Source of the DNA: Neisseriaceae bacterium
GTDB taxonomy: Bacteria; Pseudomonadota; Gammaproteobacteria; Burkholderiales; Chromobacteriaceae
Length of the DNA: 64,000 nt
Assembly: GCA_027489245.1 (NCBI GenBank)
Contig: JAIYAC010000020.1
Span: forward strand, 72,451 to 136,450
Reading direction: 5' to 3'
The notes beneath the pieces were generated by a model, which ran no database searches, was not told where the DNA came from, and saw only the letters and a program-made list of their open reading frames with translations. Of the stretch, positions 62,936 to 64,000 are shown piece by piece. The position numbers and the translations under genes were made by a program. The first letter of the stretch is position 1. Every line of letters begins with the position of its first letter.

Positions 62936-63343
62936 CTAGCCGCCTTCGTGCAGGTCGCCATCTACATAGCGCCAGGCACCGTCTTCACGGCAAAAACGGC
63001 TGGTTTCGTGCAGGCGGTAGGCACGCCCGCCCACCTTGTAGCGCGCCACAAACTCCACCGTTCCCGCTGTATCCCCCGCCAGGCCAGCCGATGCGGCCAA
63101 CACTTGCAGCCCCAGCCATTTCACACCGTCGTCGGCAGACAGGTCCAGGCTGGCGGGCCGGGTGCGACTGGCCCAGGTATTCAGCAAATAGGGTTCCAGC
63201 CGCAGCACAAAAGCGCTGTAGCGCGAACGCATGAGCTGCACCGCTTCGGCAGGCAGCGCCCCGGCGTGGTAGCGCCCGCAGCATTGCGCATACGGTAAGG
63301 GTTGGCCGCAGTGGCAGCCGCTAACAGGCAGGTTTTTTTTCAT
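62936..63343 (-). CDS. ychJ: YchJ family (SEC-C) protein
   Basis: CHCG...Y.QCC, LMRSRYSAF, GTVEFVARY and HETSRF...WRYVDG. Confidence 0.9.
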   Translation of the reverse strand: MKKNLPVSGCHCGQPLPYAQCCGRYHAGALPAEAVQLMRSRYSAFVLRLEPYLLNTWASRTRPASLDLSADDGVKWLGLQVLAASAGLAGDTAGTVEFVARYKVGGRAYRLHETSRFCREDGAWRYVDGDLHEGG

Positions 63344-63756
63344 GGTGTTGCCCCCAGTGGCGGCAGGCCGTAAAGCTTGAACAAGAAATGGGCAAAGGCT
63401 GGCTGGGCGGGCTTGTCCGGCAAGGCAGGCCAGCGCCGCTGCCACAGCTGCAGGCGGTCTTCCATCAGCTTTTGCGCACGGGCGCTGTCGATCTGGCCGG
63501 CATCGCGCTGTTGGGCAATGCGGCGATAGGTACGAAACAGGTCGTCATCTACCGCGTTGCGGCCAACTTGCTGCTGGCGCAGGGCATCCAGCCGGTCGGC
63601 CACCTGCACGCGAGTCAGCTCGCCTTTGGCCACACGCGGGGCCAGCTGCTGCGCCTCTTGCATCAGGGTATCCGCTGCCCGGGACGCCCCCAGGCCCGGC
63701 AGAGCAGCGCAGCCGGCCAGCCACAGCAGTGACAGGAAAAGAATCAGTTTTTTCAT
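63340..63756 (-). CDS. Hypothetical lipoprotein
   Basis: MKKLILFLSLLWLAGC lipobox. Confidence 0.7.
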   Translation of the reverse strand: MKKLILFLSLLWLAGCAALPGLGASRAADTLMQEAQQLAPRVAKGELTRVQVADRLDALRQQQVGRNAVDDDLFRTYRRIAQQRDAGQIDSARAQKLMEDRLQLWQRRWPALPDKPAQPAFAHFLFKLYGLPPLGATP

Positions 63757-63800
63757 GGCGGTGATTGTAATGCCTGCACGGCCCTGCTCTGTTGATAAAT

Positions 63801-63829
63801 GCAAAACCCCGCCACACGGGCGGGGTTGC
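63801..63829 (-). terminator. cysK terminator
   Basis: AACCCCGCC-acacg-GGCGGGGTT with an A tract on the + strand. Confidence 0.65.
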
Positions 63830-63850
63830 GGCTGAGCGCCAAGCTGGCAA

Positions 63851-64000
63851 TCAGTCGGCCAGATGCTGGAACAGTGCGGTGGACAGGTAACGCTCGCCAA
63901 AGGACGGGATCACCACCACGATCAGCTTGCCAGCGTTTTCCGGGCGCTTGGCCAGCTGTAGCGCAGCCCATACGGCAGCACCGGACGAAATGCCCACCAG
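63851..64000 (-). CDS. cysK: Cysteine synthase A (3' end; partial)
   Basis: Manual translation [49 protein letters not shown]. Confidence 0.9.
   Translation of the reverse strand: MVGISSGAAVWAALQLAKRPENAGKLIVVVIPSFGERYLSTALFQHLAD

Overview
GC-rich betaproteobacterial chromosome segment, probably Neisseriales/Chromobacteriaceae (inferred from gene content and protein style). It is mostly housekeeping. In order: the start of a polysaccharide operon (wcaJ-like, ugd running off the left edge); IclR/VOC/acetoacetyl-CoA synthetase; an ArnT-like transferase; rpmE; cysS; a YddA-like ABC; a FAD oxidase; a GGDEF protein; arfB; an orphan motA; glutaminase; yebC; a complete fliE-fliR cluster preceded by uvrB, a LMW phosphatase, a REC-less CheB and a FleR/FlrC-like activator; pbpG; an Fe(III) ABC system; flgP/flgT-like genes; two cyclophilins; lpxH; lactate permease; mscL; an alpha-glucoside/sucrose-type sugar locus with its own two-component system; bfr; dcd; gpx-ohrR-like; ychJ; and the end of cysK. 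I saw no rRNA, tRNA, CRISPR array, transposase or prophage. The most striking signal is not a gene. The non-palindromic 10-mer GTTGGCCGCA (extended 12-mer AGGTTGGCCGCA) occurs at least 40 times by manual count, on both strands, in all six codon phases, and as inverted pairs at gene ends. That is the layout of a DNA uptake sequence, but it is not a Neisseriaceae DUS dialect or Pasteurellaceae USS known to me. All counts are manual and all functional calls come from motif recognition, not database searches.
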